Assembly: GCA_963699545.1 (NCBI GenBank)
Contig: CAVOUE010000005.1
Span: forward strand, 256,001-320,000
Length of the DNA stretch: 64,000 nucleotides
DNA from: Nitrospirota bacterium
GTDB taxonomy: Bacteria > Nitrospirota > Thermodesulfovibrionia > Thermodesulfovibrionales > UBA9159
Direction of reading: 5' to 3'
Below the pieces are notes generated by a model. It worked only from the letters and a program-made list of their open reading frames with translations. It made no database searches and was not told the DNA's origin. The translations under genes and the position numbers were made by a program. Shown here piece after piece: positions 1 to 9,778 of the stretch; the stretch's first letter is position 1; each line of letters begins with the position of its first letter.

Positions 1-581
1 TCATCGTATGCCTTCATTGCCTCGACCGTCGAACCCATGCAGAGTATCAGGGCGTGGGGCATGGTGCCCATCGGATCTTCCCCGATGATTTCGCCCGATT
101 TCACCACCGAAACGCCGTCACAGCCGCCGATATAGGCATTCCGCTCGATCATTGGCGCGAGGATGGGATGCATTCTACGGGCGCCGAAGCTGATGACCGG
201 TCTTCCCCCCGCCCGTTTCTTAAAGCGCGCTGCTTTCGTCGCAACACCTGAAGCCTGACAGATCAGACCAAGGATCGCTGTCTCATAGACACAGAAGTCC
301 TGATATCTCCCCTCGATCTCCATCACCGGTTCAAAGGGAGAGAAGAGAGTGCCTTCCCGCATCGCCCTTACCCTAACCGGGAGGTTTTTCATGAGGTACA
401 CGGCCTCTTCAAGTCCCGCAAAGACAGCCCACGACCAATCGTCAGGAAGATTCTTCGCGATGAATTCAGCCTTCACAACGGGGTTGATCCCCTTCGCCTT
501 CAGGATCTTAAGGGTCCGATCGAAATAGACGTCGGTGATCCTGCCGTCAAGGATATCCTGCGGATCTGCGGTATGGAACAT
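1..581 (-). CDS. pncB: Nicotinate phosphoribosyltransferase (archaeal-like type), 3' end outside window
   Basis: Manual minus-strand translation from ATG at 581 (GGAGG RBS): MFHTADPQDILDGRITDVYFDRT...SFGARRMHP...GTMPHAL, with NAPRTase motifs TDVYF, FGARR and GTMPH. Not in the ORF track because it runs off the window. Confidence 0.88.
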   Translation of the reverse strand, partial: MFHTADPQDILDGRITDVYFDRTLKILKAKGINPVVKAEFIAKNLPDDWSWAVFAGLEEAVYLMKNLPVRVRAMREGTLFSPFEPVMEIEGRYQDFCVYETAILGLICQASGVATKAARFKKRAGGRPVISFGARRMHPILAPMIERNAYIGGCDGVSVVKSGEIIGEDPMGTMPHALILCMGSTVEAMKAYD

Positions 582-657
582 CTTTCCTCCCTCCTCCCGG
601 TCCTTCCGGATCACTGCTCAGAGGCCGACTTATCCCCATTATAGCAGAGTTGCCGGG

Positions 658-1689
658 TCAATTCTCCCGCTCAAATCCGCTCAACCTCACCCCCACAAGT
701 CTGACCTTCTTCCTGATCTCGAACCGGCCGAGACAATCAAATGCCGCCCTCCGTATCTCTTCCAGGGAATCGCTGTAGCCAGGAAGGGTCTTTGCCCTGG
801 TCAGCGTCTTGAAATCGCTGAACCTCATCTTCACGGTCACTGTCCTGCAGCGGCACTTCCTGCTCCGTATATCTTCGACCACTTCCCTGGTGAGCTCCGC
901 AACGTTCCTCGCAAGTTCCTGCCAGTTGTTGATGTCGGACTGGAAGGTCGTCTCCCGGCTCGTGGATTTCGGCTCCCAATGGGTGACAAGCGGGCTCTCA
1001 TCAATGCCCCGGGAGGCATCATAAAGGTACCGGCCGTATGATGTTCCGAAATACCTGAACAACTCCTCCGCGGGAATGGCAGCGAGTTCCCCGATGGTCG
1101 CTATCCCGATGCCTTTCAGATAGGCCTCTGTCTTCGGGCCTACTCCCCAGAGCTTCCTCACCGGCAAGGGCCATATGCGGGATTCAATATCAGCTTCGGT
1201 GACAATGGTGAGACCGTCCGGTTTTTGCATGTCTGATGCTATCTTTGCGAGAAGCTTGTTCGGCGCGATGCCGATGGAGCACGTGAGGCCTGTTTCTTCC
1301 CAGATCCTTTTCTTTATCTCCCGTGAGATCTCGCCGGGGGTTTTATCGGTCTCCGTCATGTCCAGAAACGCCTCATCAATTCCAACGTCTTCCATGACAG
1401 GAGAGAATTCACTGAGAATGGCCTTGATCTTTTCAGAAACCCTCGAATACTCCCTGAAATCCACAGGAAGGAAGATCGCTGAAGGACAGAGTTTGTACGC
1501 GGTTCTCAGAGGCATGGCAGAATGTATCCCGAACTTCCGCGCCTCATAGGATGCGGTGGAGACGACCCCCCTCTGTGCCGGGTCACCGCTGCCGCCGATG
1601 ACCACCGGCCTGCCGACGAGTTCCGGTCGTCTCTGCTGCTCCACGGCGGCGAAGAACGCGTCCATGTCCATATGAAGGATCCTTCTCAT
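658..1689 (-). CDS. dinB: DNA polymerase IV (Y family)
   Basis: ILHMDMDAFFAAVE, STASYEARKFGIHSAMP, IDEAFLD and NKLLAKIASD motifs. Confidence 0.95.
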   Translation of the reverse strand: MRRILHMDMDAFFAAVEQQRRPELVGRPVVIGGSGDPAQRGVVSTASYEARKFGIHSAMPLRTAYKLCPSAIFLPVDFREYSRVSEKIKAILSEFSPVMEDVGIDEAFLDMTETDKTPGEISREIKKRIWEETGLTCSIGIAPNKLLAKIASDMQKPDGLTIVTEADIESRIWPLPVRKLWGVGPKTEAYLKGIGIATIGELAAIPAEELFRYFGTSYGRYLYDASRGIDESPLVTHWEPKSTSRETTFQSDINNWQELARNVAELTREVVEDIRSRKCRCRTVTVKMRFSDFKTLTRAKTLPGYSDSLEEIRRAAFDCLGRFEIRKKVRLVGVRLSGFEREN

Positions 1690-1766
1690 CGGAGTAATTT
1701 TAGCATACAGTATCGCTGGTGCTCCCTCCTCTGGACATATCCCTCACAAAAGGGTTACATTTCAAT

Positions 1767-2999
1767 ATGGATTTATTCAAAGAAGAGATGCTGAGGGAAC
1801 CGCTCGCCTACCGCATGTGTCCCAGGACCCTGGATGAATATGTCGGGCAGGAACACATCCTTGGTGAGGGCAAGCTCCTCAGACGGGCTATCGAGGCAGA
1901 CAGGATCACCTCTATCATCCTCTACGGCCCGCCCGGCACAGGAAAGACCGCGATGGCGAGGGTGATCGCAGCGAAAACAAAGGCACACTTCGAGTGGCTC
2001 AACGCTGCCACCGCAGGCCTTGATGACCTCAGAAAGGTGATACAGTCTGCGCGAACAAGAAGATCGCGGGGCATCCCGACGATCCTGTTCCTGGACGAGA
2101 TACACCGGTTCAACAAGCTCCAGCAGGACGCGCTCCTGCCTGACGTAGAAGAAGGAAATGTCATCCTTATCGCGGCGACGGTCGAAAACCCATTCTTTTA
2201 TGTTAACAGTGCGCTCCTTTCGAGGAGCCAGGTATTCGAATTGAAGCCGCTGACAGAAGACGGTATCCTTATGATCCTCCATAATGCCGTGCAGGACAAA
2301 GAGCGGGGCCTGGGAACCATGAAGATGGTCGCTGAAGAAGATGCGCTCAGGCATATCGCAAGGATGTCTGACGGAGACGGCAGAAAGGCGCTCTCGGCCC
2401 TGGAAATTGCGGCACTCACCACACCTCCTGACGAAACCGGCACCGTAACCATTACCGTTCCCGTTGCGGAAGAGTCGATACAGAAGAAAGCCGTTGTCTA
2501 CGACAAAAAAGGCGACCAGCATTACGACACCATCTCAGCCTTTATAAAAAGCATGAGGGGCTCAGACCCCGATGCGGCAGTCTACTACCTCGCTAAGATG
2601 CTCTATGCCGGAGAAGACCCTCGGTTCATTGCACGGCGCATTGTGATCTGCGCGTCCGAGGATGTGGGAGAGGCCGACCCCATGGCACTGGTCCTTGCCA
2701 CATCAGCATTGAGGGCTGTGGAGTTCATCGGCATGCCCGAGGCAAGGATACCTCTTGCACAGGTGACCATCTATATCGCCACCGCGCCGAAGAGCAATGC
2801 CTGCTACAGGGCCATCGAGGCCGCCATGGAAGACATCGGGAAGGAGCAGACCCTGGAGGTACCGGATCACTTGAAGGATGCACATTACCCGGGAGCGAAG
2901 AAACTCGGCCACGGGAAGGGGTATAAATATCCCCATGACTACGGCGGGAAGGTGGAGCAGGAATATCTTCCCAGGAAGAAGAAATACTACAACCCCTGA
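1767..2999 (+). CDS. rarA: Replication-associated recombination protein A (MgsA/RarA AAA+ ATPase)
   Basis: PLAYRMCP, Walker A GPPGTGKT, LDEIHRFNK, HYDTISAFIKSMRGSDPDAA; start placed at ATG 1767. Confidence 0.95.
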   Translation: MDLFKEEMLREPLAYRMCPRTLDEYVGQEHILGEGKLLRRAIEADRITSIILYGPPGTGKTAMARVIAAKTKAHFEWLNAATAGLDDLRKVIQSARTRRSRGIPTILFLDEIHRFNKLQQDALLPDVEEGNVILIAATVENPFFYVNSALLSRSQVFELKPLTEDGILMILHNAVQDKERGLGTMKMVAEEDALRHIARMSDGDGRKALSALEIAALTTPPDETGTVTITVPVAEESIQKKAVVYDKKGDQHYDTISAFIKSMRGSDPDAAVYYLAKMLYAGEDPRFIARRIVICASEDVGEADPMALVLATSALRAVEFIGMPEARIPLAQVTIYIATAPKSNACYRAIEAAMEDIGKEQTLEVPDHLKDAHYPGAKKLGHGKGYKYPHDYGGKVEQEYLPRKKKYYNP

Positions 3000-3146
3000 A
3001 TGACGCATAGAGTTCATGCGCACGTAAGCAGGGGGCAGGTCCCTTGGCTCGCTTCGCCTCTGCAGATATAGTTAGTTTATTCACCTGCACTTCAAATATC
3101 AGATTGACAAACAGGTCTTTCCCTGATACTTTCTAACTAAAGAGAT

Positions 3147-3215
3147 GCTCACGATAAAGCCTCCGTGAGGAGGGGACGGAAAGCGGGTCTTAGCGAAGAT
3201 GGCCGAGCTGCCTAA
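3147..3215 (+). ncRNA. Candidate GEMM / c-di-GMP-I class riboswitch (cyclic dinucleotide), possibly degenerate
   Basis: TAAA-GCCTCC-GTGA-GGAGG-GGACGGAAAGC...GGGTCTT-AGCG-AAGATGGCCGAGCTGCC resembles the GEMM layout (GNRA-capped P2, GACGxAAAGC junction, GCTGCC 3' end). Preceded by TTGACA at 3104 and followed by a T-tract at 3241 before the RBS. Confidence 0.65.
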
Positions 3216-3273
3216 GAACAGACATTCGGTAAGTTTGCCCTTTTTTGTTTGAGGAGAGAAAGGAGGTCGCCCT

Positions 3274-3582
3274 ATGAACGCAAAAGTCGTACATTTCCAG
3301 ATTAAACCGGGGAAGCAGGATGAAGTTGTCCGTTTATTCCAGGAGTTCGTTATTCCCGGCGCAGAGAAGCAAGAAGGATTCAAGGGAGGACTCTTGTTAA
3401 CAGATCCCAATACAGGCAAGGCCGCTTCGATCGCCCTATGGGAAACAGAGGCGGACATAAAAGCGAGCGAAGCCAGCGGCTATTATAAAGAATGGGTAGC
3501 CAAACTGAGTGATGCCCTTGCCATGCCACCGGTCAGGGAACTATATCAGGTGAGTAACCTTGTGAATCTCTCAGTTAAGTGA
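3274..3582 (+). CDS. Antibiotic biosynthesis monooxygenase (ABM)-like dimeric alpha/beta barrel protein
   Basis: 102 aa; IKPGKQDEVV...QEGFKGGLLL...SIALWETEAD pattern; AGGAGG RBS. Confidence 0.75.
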   Translation: MNAKVVHFQIKPGKQDEVVRLFQEFVIPGAEKQEGFKGGLLLTDPNTGKAASIALWETEADIKASEASGYYKEWVAKLSDALAMPPVRELYQVSNLVNLSVK

Positions 3583-3608
3583 ATCGAAAACAGCTCGGAA
3601 AGGAGATG

Positions 3609-3782
3609 ATGACCATGAAAAAAAGCGCGCTTAAGGAAGTTGAATGCGACCCAAAGTGTGGCTTCCTTATACGGAGCCATGACGAAAAAGAAGTTGTTGA
3701 GATCGCTATGCGGCATGCGAAAAAATATCACGACATGACAATCACAGAAAAGGATGTAAAAGATATGATGAAGGATGCATAG
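3609..3782 (+). CDS. Small metal-binding protein, DUF1059-like
   Basis: ECDPKCGFLIRSHDEKEVVEIAMRHAKKYH with C..C..H..H pattern; AGGAG RBS; start could be 3606, 3609 or 3615. Confidence 0.7.
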   Translation: MTMKKSALKEVECDPKCGFLIRSHDEKEVVEIAMRHAKKYHDMTITEKDVKDMMKDA

Positions 3783-3810
3783 CTCTGACAGAAGCACAGG
3801 ATGATGTCTC

Positions 3811-3840
3811 AAAGGGCCTGGAACACGAGGCCTTTTTTTT
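3811..3840 (+). terminator. Rho-independent terminator
   Basis: AAAGGGCCT-GGAACACG-AGGCCTTTTTTTT hairpin plus T tract between convergent genes. Confidence 0.7.
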
Positions 3841-3842
3841 CA

Positions 3843-5078
3843 CTATATAGTTCTGCCCTGTTGCTTTACCCCCCTGAAATTCTTGTCCCTTCGTATAAGA
3901 TCATTCGGTCTGACCCCTTCAGGCACTTCAATGAAGACCGTGTCTTCGTTCCGTGCCGATAGGATATCGTTCCCGTCAGCGTCTTTCATTGCCCCGATCT
4001 CAAAGAGTCGCTCCTCAAGCCCGGGAGTGAGGTATTCCACGGAGTCTCCCGCGTCAAGCAGGTTCCTCAGCCCCACCTTTGCGATCGTGCCGTTCACCTC
4101 AAGGACCACCCCGACGAGTTCATGAGTCATGCGGTAACTCTCCCCGTCGAAATTGTAATCAACGTCCGCCTGCTTTCCAAAGAACATGCCGGTGGTATAT
4201 CCCCTGCTGCTGAACATTGCGAGCTCCCTGAGCCATCGGGGGTTCACCGTATATTCGCCGCTGAGGGAATCCAGGGCCTCACGATAGGTCTTGATCACAC
4301 CTGCCACATAGTTTATCCCCTTCATCCTCCCTTCGATCTTGAAACTGTCGACCCCAGCTTCCGAAAGGAGGTGCAGGTGCCCGATCATGCAGAGGTCTTT
4401 GGAGCTCATCACATAGGTCCCCCTCCGGTCCTGGAACACGGGGAAATGCTCCCCCGGTCTCTTCTCTTCCATCAGGGTGTAATTCCATCTGCACGAGTTG
4501 GTGCACTCCCCTTCATTGGCGCTCCTTGAAGCCAGGAAACTGCTGATGTAACACCTTCCCGAATAGGAGATACAGAGGGAACCGTGCACGAAAACCTCCA
4601 GCTCGGCCGCCGTCCCTTTCCTGATCTCACGTATCTCATCAAGCGCCAGCTCCCGCGAAAGCACAAGGCGTTTTGCCCCCATAGTTTCCCAGAAGACCGC
4701 GGATTCCCCATTGGTGATATTTGCCTGGGTGCTTATATGGATGTCGATCTCCGGCGCCTTCTTCCTCATCATCATGAAGACTCCGGGATCGGAAAGCACC
4801 ACCGCATCGGGCCTCACCGTTTTTAGAACATCAATGTGTTCCTCTATTTCGGACAGGTCCCTGTTGTGAGGAAAGATGTTCACCGTCACATACGCCCTCA
4901 CCCCGCGATCGCGGGCATATCGCACAGCCCTTCCCAGTTCCTCAGACCCGAAGTTCCCAGCCCTGTTCCTGAGGCTGAAACGCGAGTCCCCGAAATAGAC
5001 CGCGTCAGCGCCGTAATGGACCGCTGTCCTCAGTTTCTCGAAATCCCCTGCCGGGGCGAGAAGTTCAGGCCTCTTCAT
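3843..5078 (-). CDS. U32 family protein (TrhP/YegQ-like tRNA hydroxylation)
   Basis: [49 protein letters not shown]. Confidence 0.9.
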   Translation of the reverse strand: MKRPELLAPAGDFEKLRTAVHYGADAVYFGDSRFSLRNRAGNFGSEELGRAVRYARDRGVRAYVTVNIFPHNRDLSEIEEHIDVLKTVRPDAVVLSDPGVFMMMRKKAPEIDIHISTQANITNGESAVFWETMGAKRLVLSRELALDEIREIRKGTAAELEVFVHGSLCISYSGRCYISSFLASRSANEGECTNSCRWNYTLMEEKRPGEHFPVFQDRRGTYVMSSKDLCMIGHLHLLSEAGVDSFKIEGRMKGINYVAGVIKTYREALDSLSGEYTVNPRWLRELAMFSSRGYTTGMFFGKQADVDYNFDGESYRMTHELVGVVLEVNGTIAKVGLRNLLDAGDSVEYLTPGLEERLFEIGAMKDADGNDILSARNEDTVFIEVPEGVRPNDLIRRDKNFRGVKQQGRTI

Positions 5079-5538
5079 CCTTCATCCCTTTTTTGCATTT
5101 TTTTATCCCTTCCCTGGCAAGACGGTCGCACCGTTCGTTCTCGGCATGTCCATCGTGCCCCTTTATCCATGCCCATTCGACCTCATGGGGTTCAGAGGCC
5201 TTGAGAAGTCTCTCCCATAGATCCCTGTTGAGCACTTCTTTTTTCTGGGAGGTCTTCCAGTTCTTTCTCCTCCATGCGCTGATCCACTCGTTCATCCCCT
5301 TCACCACATAGGTGGAATCCGTGATGATCCTCACCCTGCATGGCTTCTTCAGCGCTTCAAGGGCCGATATCACCCCAAGCAATTCCATACGGTTGTTCGT
5401 TGTCATCTCCTCGCAGCCGGAAAGCACCTTCTCCCTCTCCCCGGACCGCAAAATAGCCCCATACCCGCCCACTCCGGGATTCCCGCTGCAGGCGCCGTCC
5501 GCATAGATCTCAACGAATGGTTTCTCCCTTTTTCCCAT
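5065..5538 (-). CDS. rnhA: Ribonuclease HI
   Basis: [43 protein letters not shown]. Confidence 0.96.
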   Translation of the reverse strand: MGKREKPFVEIYADGACSGNPGVGGYGAILRSGEREKVLSGCEEMTTNNRMELLGVISALEALKKPCRVRIITDSTYVVKGMNEWISAWRRKNWKTSQKKEVLNRDLWERLLKASEPHEVEWAWIKGHDGHAENERCDRLAREGIKKCKKGMKDEEA

Positions 5539-5693
5539 AGTGTTTTATATTACCTTTTTTGGATCATCAATTCCAAACCGTTCAGATCGTCTCACCGATC
5601 CCTTCATCTCCCATGACTTTGTGATAGAATATCGGCAGCGTAGCAGCTGCTCTTTTGCGAATTATCCTCACCGCCTCTTAAGAAAGGATTTTT

Positions 5694-7490
5694 ATGAAAC
5701 ATACCACATGGAATCTCACCCCTCTCTTTGCGGGTGACAGCGACCCGCGGATAGAGAAAGAACTGAGAATTGTTGAACAGAAGAGTTACGACTTCATCAG
5801 GAAATGGAAGCAGAGGAAAGACTATCTCAGAGACCCCTTCGTCATGAAGCAGGCGCTTGATGAGTACGAATCATGGTCGCGCCATTACGGAACTGACGGG
5901 AGCGCCGGCTATTACTTCCTGCTCCGGACCCAGCAGGACAAGAATGACCCCGGGCTGAAGGCGAAATTCAACAAGATGGAGGAGTTCGGCAGAAAGATCC
6001 AGAACGACATCCAGTTCTTTCATCTCAGGATCGGCAAGATCCCCCAAAAGGTTCAAAGGGAGTTCCTGGAATATCCTCCGCTGAAAGAGTATGCGCATTT
6101 CCTCGGCAGGATATTCGCAGAGTCGCGGTTCCTCCTCCGCGAACACGAGGAGAAGATACTGAACCTCAAGGCATCCACATCGTATTCCAACTGGGTGAAG
6201 ATGACCTCGGGCTTCCTCGCGGAAGAAGAAGGCGACGTCATACAGGAAGACGGCTCACGAGGAAAGAAGACGTTTTCGGAGATCCTGAGTCTCATGAACA
6301 GCAAGAACAGGGAGACACGGGATTCTGCGGCAAAGGCGTTCAACGGTATACTAGAAAAACATGTGAACGTCGCGGAGGCTGAGATGAATTCCATCCTGGC
6401 CAACAAGAAAGTAGATGATGAGCTCCGGGGGATACCGAGACCTGACTTCGCCCGGCATATAAGCGACGACATAGACAGCGACATTGTGGATGCCCTGATA
6501 AAGGCCGTGACCGATCGCTTCTCCATCCCCTCGCGGTTCTACCGGCTCAAGGCCCGGCTCATGGGGGTGAAGAGACTGAAATACCATGAGAGAAATGTTG
6601 AATATGGGAACGTCGGTAGGGAATATCCCTATAAGGAGGCGCTCACCCTTGTTCTTAAGGTTTTCAGGAACCTTGATGCGACGTTTGCGAAGATCCTGGA
6701 CGGATATATCCGGAACGGCCAGATGGACGTCTACCCGAAAAAGGGGAAGTCCGGCGGCGCCTTTTGCACGCACCACCTCATCACGCATCCGACGTACATC
6801 CTCCTCAACCATACCGGCAAGCTCTACGACGTCCTGACCCTTGCCCACGAGCTGGGCCATGGGATCAACAATGAACTGGTCAGGGAGAAACAGAATGCCC
6901 TGAGTTTCGGCGCTCCTCTTTCCACAGCAGAAGTGGCCAGTACCTTTATGGAGGACTTCGTGCTCCAGGAGATACTCAAGAGGGCCGATGACGAGCTGCG
7001 GCTTTCGATCATGATGATGAAGCTCCATGACGACATGTCGACCATCTTCAGGCAGGTGGCATGCTACCGCTTCGAGCAGGAGCTCCACAGCGAATTCAGG
7101 CGGACGGGATATCTCTCAAAGGAAGAGATAGGGAGGCTGTTCCGGAAGCACATGGCCGCTTATATGGGAGATGCGGTGGAACAGTCCAGGGGCTCCGAGA
7201 ACTGGTGGGTCTATTGGAGCCACATCCGCAGCTTTTTCTATGTCTATTCCTACGCCAGCGGCCTCCTGATCTCCAAGTCGCTGCAGCACTCTGTGAAAGA
7301 GGACCCTGCCTTTATCCGGAATGTCAAAAGGTTCCTGTCCGCAGGACTTTCGGATTCTCCGAAGAATATCTTCGGGAAGCTGGGGATCGATATCGCTGAC
7401 AAAGAGTTCTGGGAAAGGGGACTGGACGAGGTGGAGAGGCTCTTGCAGGAGACGGAAAGACTGGCGAGGAAATTAGGAAAGATTAAATGA
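5694..7490 (+). CDS. pepF: Oligoendopeptidase F (peptidase M3B)
   Basis: WNLTPLF start, GKSGGAFC, TLAHELGHG zinc motif, AEVASTFME, FYVYSYASG. Confidence 0.9.
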   Translation: MKHTTWNLTPLFAGDSDPRIEKELRIVEQKSYDFIRKWKQRKDYLRDPFVMKQALDEYESWSRHYGTDGSAGYYFLLRTQQDKNDPGLKAKFNKMEEFGRKIQNDIQFFHLRIGKIPQKVQREFLEYPPLKEYAHFLGRIFAESRFLLREHEEKILNLKASTSYSNWVKMTSGFLAEEEGDVIQEDGSRGKKTFSEILSLMNSKNRETRDSAAKAFNGILEKHVNVAEAEMNSILANKKVDDELRGIPRPDFARHISDDIDSDIVDALIKAVTDRFSIPSRFYRLKARLMGVKRLKYHERNVEYGNVGREYPYKEALTLVLKVFRNLDATFAKILDGYIRNGQMDVYPKKGKSGGAFCTHHLITHPTYILLNHTGKLYDVLTLAHELGHGINNELVREKQNALSFGAPLSTAEVASTFMEDFVLQEILKRADDELRLSIMMMKLHDDMSTIFRQVACYRFEQELHSEFRRTGYLSKEEIGRLFRKHMAAYMGDAVEQSRGSENWWVYWSHIRSFFYVYSYASGLLISKSLQHSVKEDPAFIRNVKRFLSAGLSDSPKNIFGKLGIDIADKEFWERGLDEVERLLQETERLARKLGKIK

Positions 7491-7538
7491 GCACGGTGAG
7501 GCAGGGGGCGTTTCCTGCCGATTCGGTGTATTCAGTTG

Positions 7539-7760
7539 TTACGCTGTTACTGATTCTAGTTTTTCTTTTGTAATATTAGGCAGGCGCACTGGAGCAAAGA
7601 ATGTCTCGGGATACAAATAATCTTCGCCTGTCTCATCAATAACTCTTATCTGGTGATGTTTTTCTGCCGCCCTGTCAGTCAAAACTTCATACAGTTTTCT
7701 TATCTCCAGTGAAGATTTATAACCGTGGTTATCTACGCATATCATAAAATGTTTTCTCAT
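7539..7760 (-). CDS. Small conserved hypothetical protein (second gene of a putative toxin-antitoxin-like pair)
   Basis: 73 aa with RVIDETGEDYLYP motif; AGGAG RBS; AT-richer than flanks; stop overlaps an attC R''-like GCGTAAC. Confidence 0.7.
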   Translation of the reverse strand: MRKHFMICVDNHGYKSSLEIRKLYEVLTDRAAEKHHQIRVIDETGEDYLYPETFFAPVRLPNITKEKLESVTA

Positions 7761-7772
7761 CGCTGTTCTCCT

Positions 7773-8003
7773 TCATAAATAGTTCTTGATTTTTATTTCT
7801 CTTTTCCCGATGCCATGTCCCTCATACCAATGGACTTCAGCCTCAAGCACAGCACCGTCTTCCAGTTCCACGCGGCAAATGCCTTTCATTTTTCTCCAGT
7901 TTGCTTTTCCGTATATCTTGTTCAACCTGTTTAAATTATTTATCCCATGCCCTGTAGCAATAGTTTCAATATCCCGAATTGCCCCCCTGATCTTAAAGTA
8001 CAT
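7773..8003 (-). CDS. Small basic hypothetical protein (first gene of the pair)
   Basis: 76 aa, WRKMKG...AEVHWYEGHGIGKRE; 12 bp from the partner gene. Confidence 0.7.
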   Translation of the reverse strand: MYFKIRGAIRDIETIATGHGINNLNRLNKIYGKANWRKMKGICRVELEDGAVLEAEVHWYEGHGIGKREIKIKNYL

Positions 8004-8039
8004 ACTAAATTCTAACCGTTCTTATTGTCTTTTTCATAG

Positions 8040-8108
8040 GCATAACGACAACCTTAACCAGCGCGGGCAACCAGCCTATGCAGAAAACCACAGAGGCTAT
8101 TCCCTGTC
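8040..8108 (-). repeat. Truncated attC-like integron recombination site
   Basis: GTTATGC core (minus 8046-8040) and arm 8052-8075, which is 23/24 identical to the arm of the complete attC at 45003-45026; the opposite arm is cut off. Confidence 0.6.
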
Positions 8109-8223
8109 GCGAACCTCCTGTTTGCTGTCCCTATGGACTAAATATAGCATAGCTGGAAAAATTCTTAACGTGCAATACGAAAGGCGAGGAGCACACGAAG
8201 AAAGTGCGTTCTGGTGCCTTATC

Positions 8224-9264
8224 TCACAATCTTATCCCCGGCCAGGTTTCGATGGGGCTGGTAGAACGGACCACATTCATACCGGCGTCAGAGAATCTCA
8301 TGAACGCGGCGTCGGCCAGGTCGGTATAGTCCATGACGCCGGGGACGACTACGGATGAGGTGCAGTCTTCGAGGAGATAGACCTTTTCCACAAGGCGTCT
8401 GTCCCTGGCAAGAATATCATCGAGAAGATCGTCGATCGTCCATGCCACACAGTGGCTCTTGGCCTGTCCGGCAATGACCACGGCATCAAACTGGAGAAGC
8501 TTATTGAAGAACTTATCGCTCTTCTGTCCGATTGATTCCCCTCCGGGTCCCTCCAGAACTTCCGGCCCGAGGACGGAATAATGCTCGGTAAAGGGCCTGT
8601 CCCCCTTCACATGGAAATCAGTCTGGCTGTACCGCGCCACGCAGTGGAAGAATACGGCTTCCTCCACCGACGCCACAAGGGCATGGCCGATGCCCCCGAG
8701 CATCCCGTGAAAGGGCCATATGGTGAGGTCGTATTTCCCCCCTTCTTTCAGTTTCCCCGCGTAATAGAGAAGGTGCCTCTGCCCATACTCTTCATCGATC
8801 TGAAAACTGTGGCAGAGGGCCGGGTTGAACCTCCATTTCCCTGTCCGGATGTCATCCGCGGAGATGAGCGTGAACGGCGCAGGATGCTCCCCTTTATCGT
8901 TCACAAGGTAAAGGGCGTGGAATATCTGCATGGCCTGATGGGTGTCCATGGTCGGACATATCTGGGTGATCGCATCAAGGTTCCGGTAGATGAATTCAGA
9001 AAGCCTCCGGTTGTCATCAACGGCTCCTCTCCCTGAACGGCCGCCCACGTAGAGTTCAAACCCGGGAATGCAGAAGGTGTTCTGCACATCAACTGCCACC
9101 AGACAGATCTTGAATGTGTCAGCGGAAGCAGGCGGGATGTCATGCTGCCGCGCCCACTTCCTCGCATCTTCAACGCGCTGCTGATAGGGGACCTTCCAGA
9201 CCTCGCCGGTTTTCCCGGGATCGAAGTGAGGCGGAAAAGGGAGTTCCATCCGAGGCATGATCAC
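8224..9264 (-). CDS. Isochorismatase/nicotinamidase-like cysteine hydrolase (long form)
   Basis: VDVQNTFC, TMDTH, IWPFHGMLG, AGQAKSHCV catalytic motifs. Confidence 0.8.
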   Translation of the reverse strand: MIMPRMELPFPPHFDPGKTGEVWKVPYQQRVEDARKWARQHDIPPASADTFKICLVAVDVQNTFCIPGFELYVGGRSGRGAVDDNRRLSEFIYRNLDAITQICPTMDTHQAMQIFHALYLVNDKGEHPAPFTLISADDIRTGKWRFNPALCHSFQIDEEYGQRHLLYYAGKLKEGGKYDLTIWPFHGMLGGIGHALVASVEEAVFFHCVARYSQTDFHVKGDRPFTEHYSVLGPEVLEGPGGESIGQKSDKFFNKLLQFDAVVIAGQAKSHCVAWTIDDLLDDILARDRRLVEKVYLLEDCTSSVVVPGVMDYTDLADAAFMRFSDAGMNVVRSTSPIETWPGIRL

Positions 9265-9270
9265 CCCTTC

Positions 9271-9768
9271 TTATTCCGCTATGTCCGGAATCACTTTGAA
9301 CTTCTCGCCCAGCGCCTTGAGCACCACATCAGGGACAAGGCCTTTCATCGAACCCCCAAAGGAGGCAGCCTCCTTGACGATAGTGGAAGTGAGAAAGGAG
9401 TATTCCTCGGACGGCATCATGAAGACCGTTTCCACGGTCATGTCCAGCCTCCGGTTCATGAGGGCCATCTGCAATTCATATTCAAAATCAGAGACCGCAC
9501 GCAATCCCCTTACGATGGCAACCCCGCCCCGGGACTTGGCATATGCCACCAGGAGCCCGTTGAAGGCCTCTACTCTGACGTTACCGTATACCTTCACCGA
9601 TTCCCGTATCAGCCTGAGCCTTTCCTCAAGGGTAAAGAGGGGCTGCTTCTTCGGACTGGGGGCTACGGCGATGACTATCTCGTCAAAGATCCTCAAGCCC
9701 CTCTGGACCAGGTCCAGGTGACCGTTGGTGATGGGATCAAAGGTGCCGGGATAGATGCCTGTCTTCAT
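9271..9768 (-). CDS. coaD: Phosphopantetheine adenylyltransferase
   Basis: YPGTFDPITNGHLD, RGLRAVSDFEYE. Confidence 0.97.
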   Translation of the reverse strand: MKTGIYPGTFDPITNGHLDLVQRGLRIFDEIVIAVAPSPKKQPLFTLEERLRLIRESVKVYGNVRVEAFNGLLVAYAKSRGGVAIVRGLRAVSDFEYELQMALMNRRLDMTVETVFMMPSEEYSFLTSTIVKEAASFGGSMKGLVPDVVLKALGEKFKVIPDIAE

Positions 9769-9778
9769 TGAATCCTCC

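Noticed and set aside
1690-1766. LexA/SOS box between the divergent dinB and rarA genes
   Set aside because: Only a GGTTAC half-site; no convincing palindrome
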